Of a DNA stretch of 64,000 bases, positions 63,922 to 64,000 are shown in pieces; the first letter of the stretch is position 1; each line of letters begins with the position of its first letter. The translations under genes were made by a program, and so were the position numbers. The notes below the pieces were generated by a model, which was given only the letters and a program-made list of their open reading frames with translations, was not told the origin of the DNA and ran no database searches. This stretch comes from Mobula hypostoma (Eukaryota), in the NCBI RefSeq assembly GCF_963921235.1, contig NC_086108.1, positions 60,638,001-60,702,000 on the forward strand, in the 5' to 3' direction.

Positions 63922-64000
63922 AAAAAAAAAACTATCATCTCAAAGCCGATGAGACACAAGAAACAGAATGTATATTGAGACCTAAACCAATTGAAAAAAG

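Noticed and set aside
61401..64000. Further 5' PODN exons
   Set aside because: No LRR- or signal-peptide-coding segment with splice sites was found by eye; they probably lie beyond the window.

Overview
Eukaryotic vertebrate genomic DNA, AT-rich and dense in repeats. The repeat set (V-SINE-like SINEs, CR1, Rex1/Babar, L1/Tx1-like and Neptune-type Penelope elements) suggests a cartilaginous fish; this is inference. Two convergent spliced genes are present. On + lie the last four coding exons of the glutamate transporter SLC1A7/EAAT5 (3229-21637, ending ...ELETRV*). On - lie seven coding exons of the leucine-rich-repeat protein podocan, PODN (61400 down to 35272; its 5' exons were not found in the window). 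All 11 exons have canonical AG/GT boundaries and compatible phases. The rest is mostly nested transposons. The most striking system is a recently active Penelope-like (RT + GIY-YIG) family. It carries a 36-nt minimal type I hammerhead ribozyme near its 3' end (about 13 copies, at least 5 with intact cores). It inserts repeatedly as fold-back (inverted) structures of 0.1-2.6 kb with 13-14 bp target-site duplications (TSDs). Also seen: an L1 with twin-priming 5' inversion geometry, a locally templated 136-bp inverted duplication, a solo LTR, and a Tc1 > LTR-like > Penelope nest. No prokaryotic systems, CRISPR arrays or rRNA genes were seen. All family calls come from reading motifs by eye; no database search was run.
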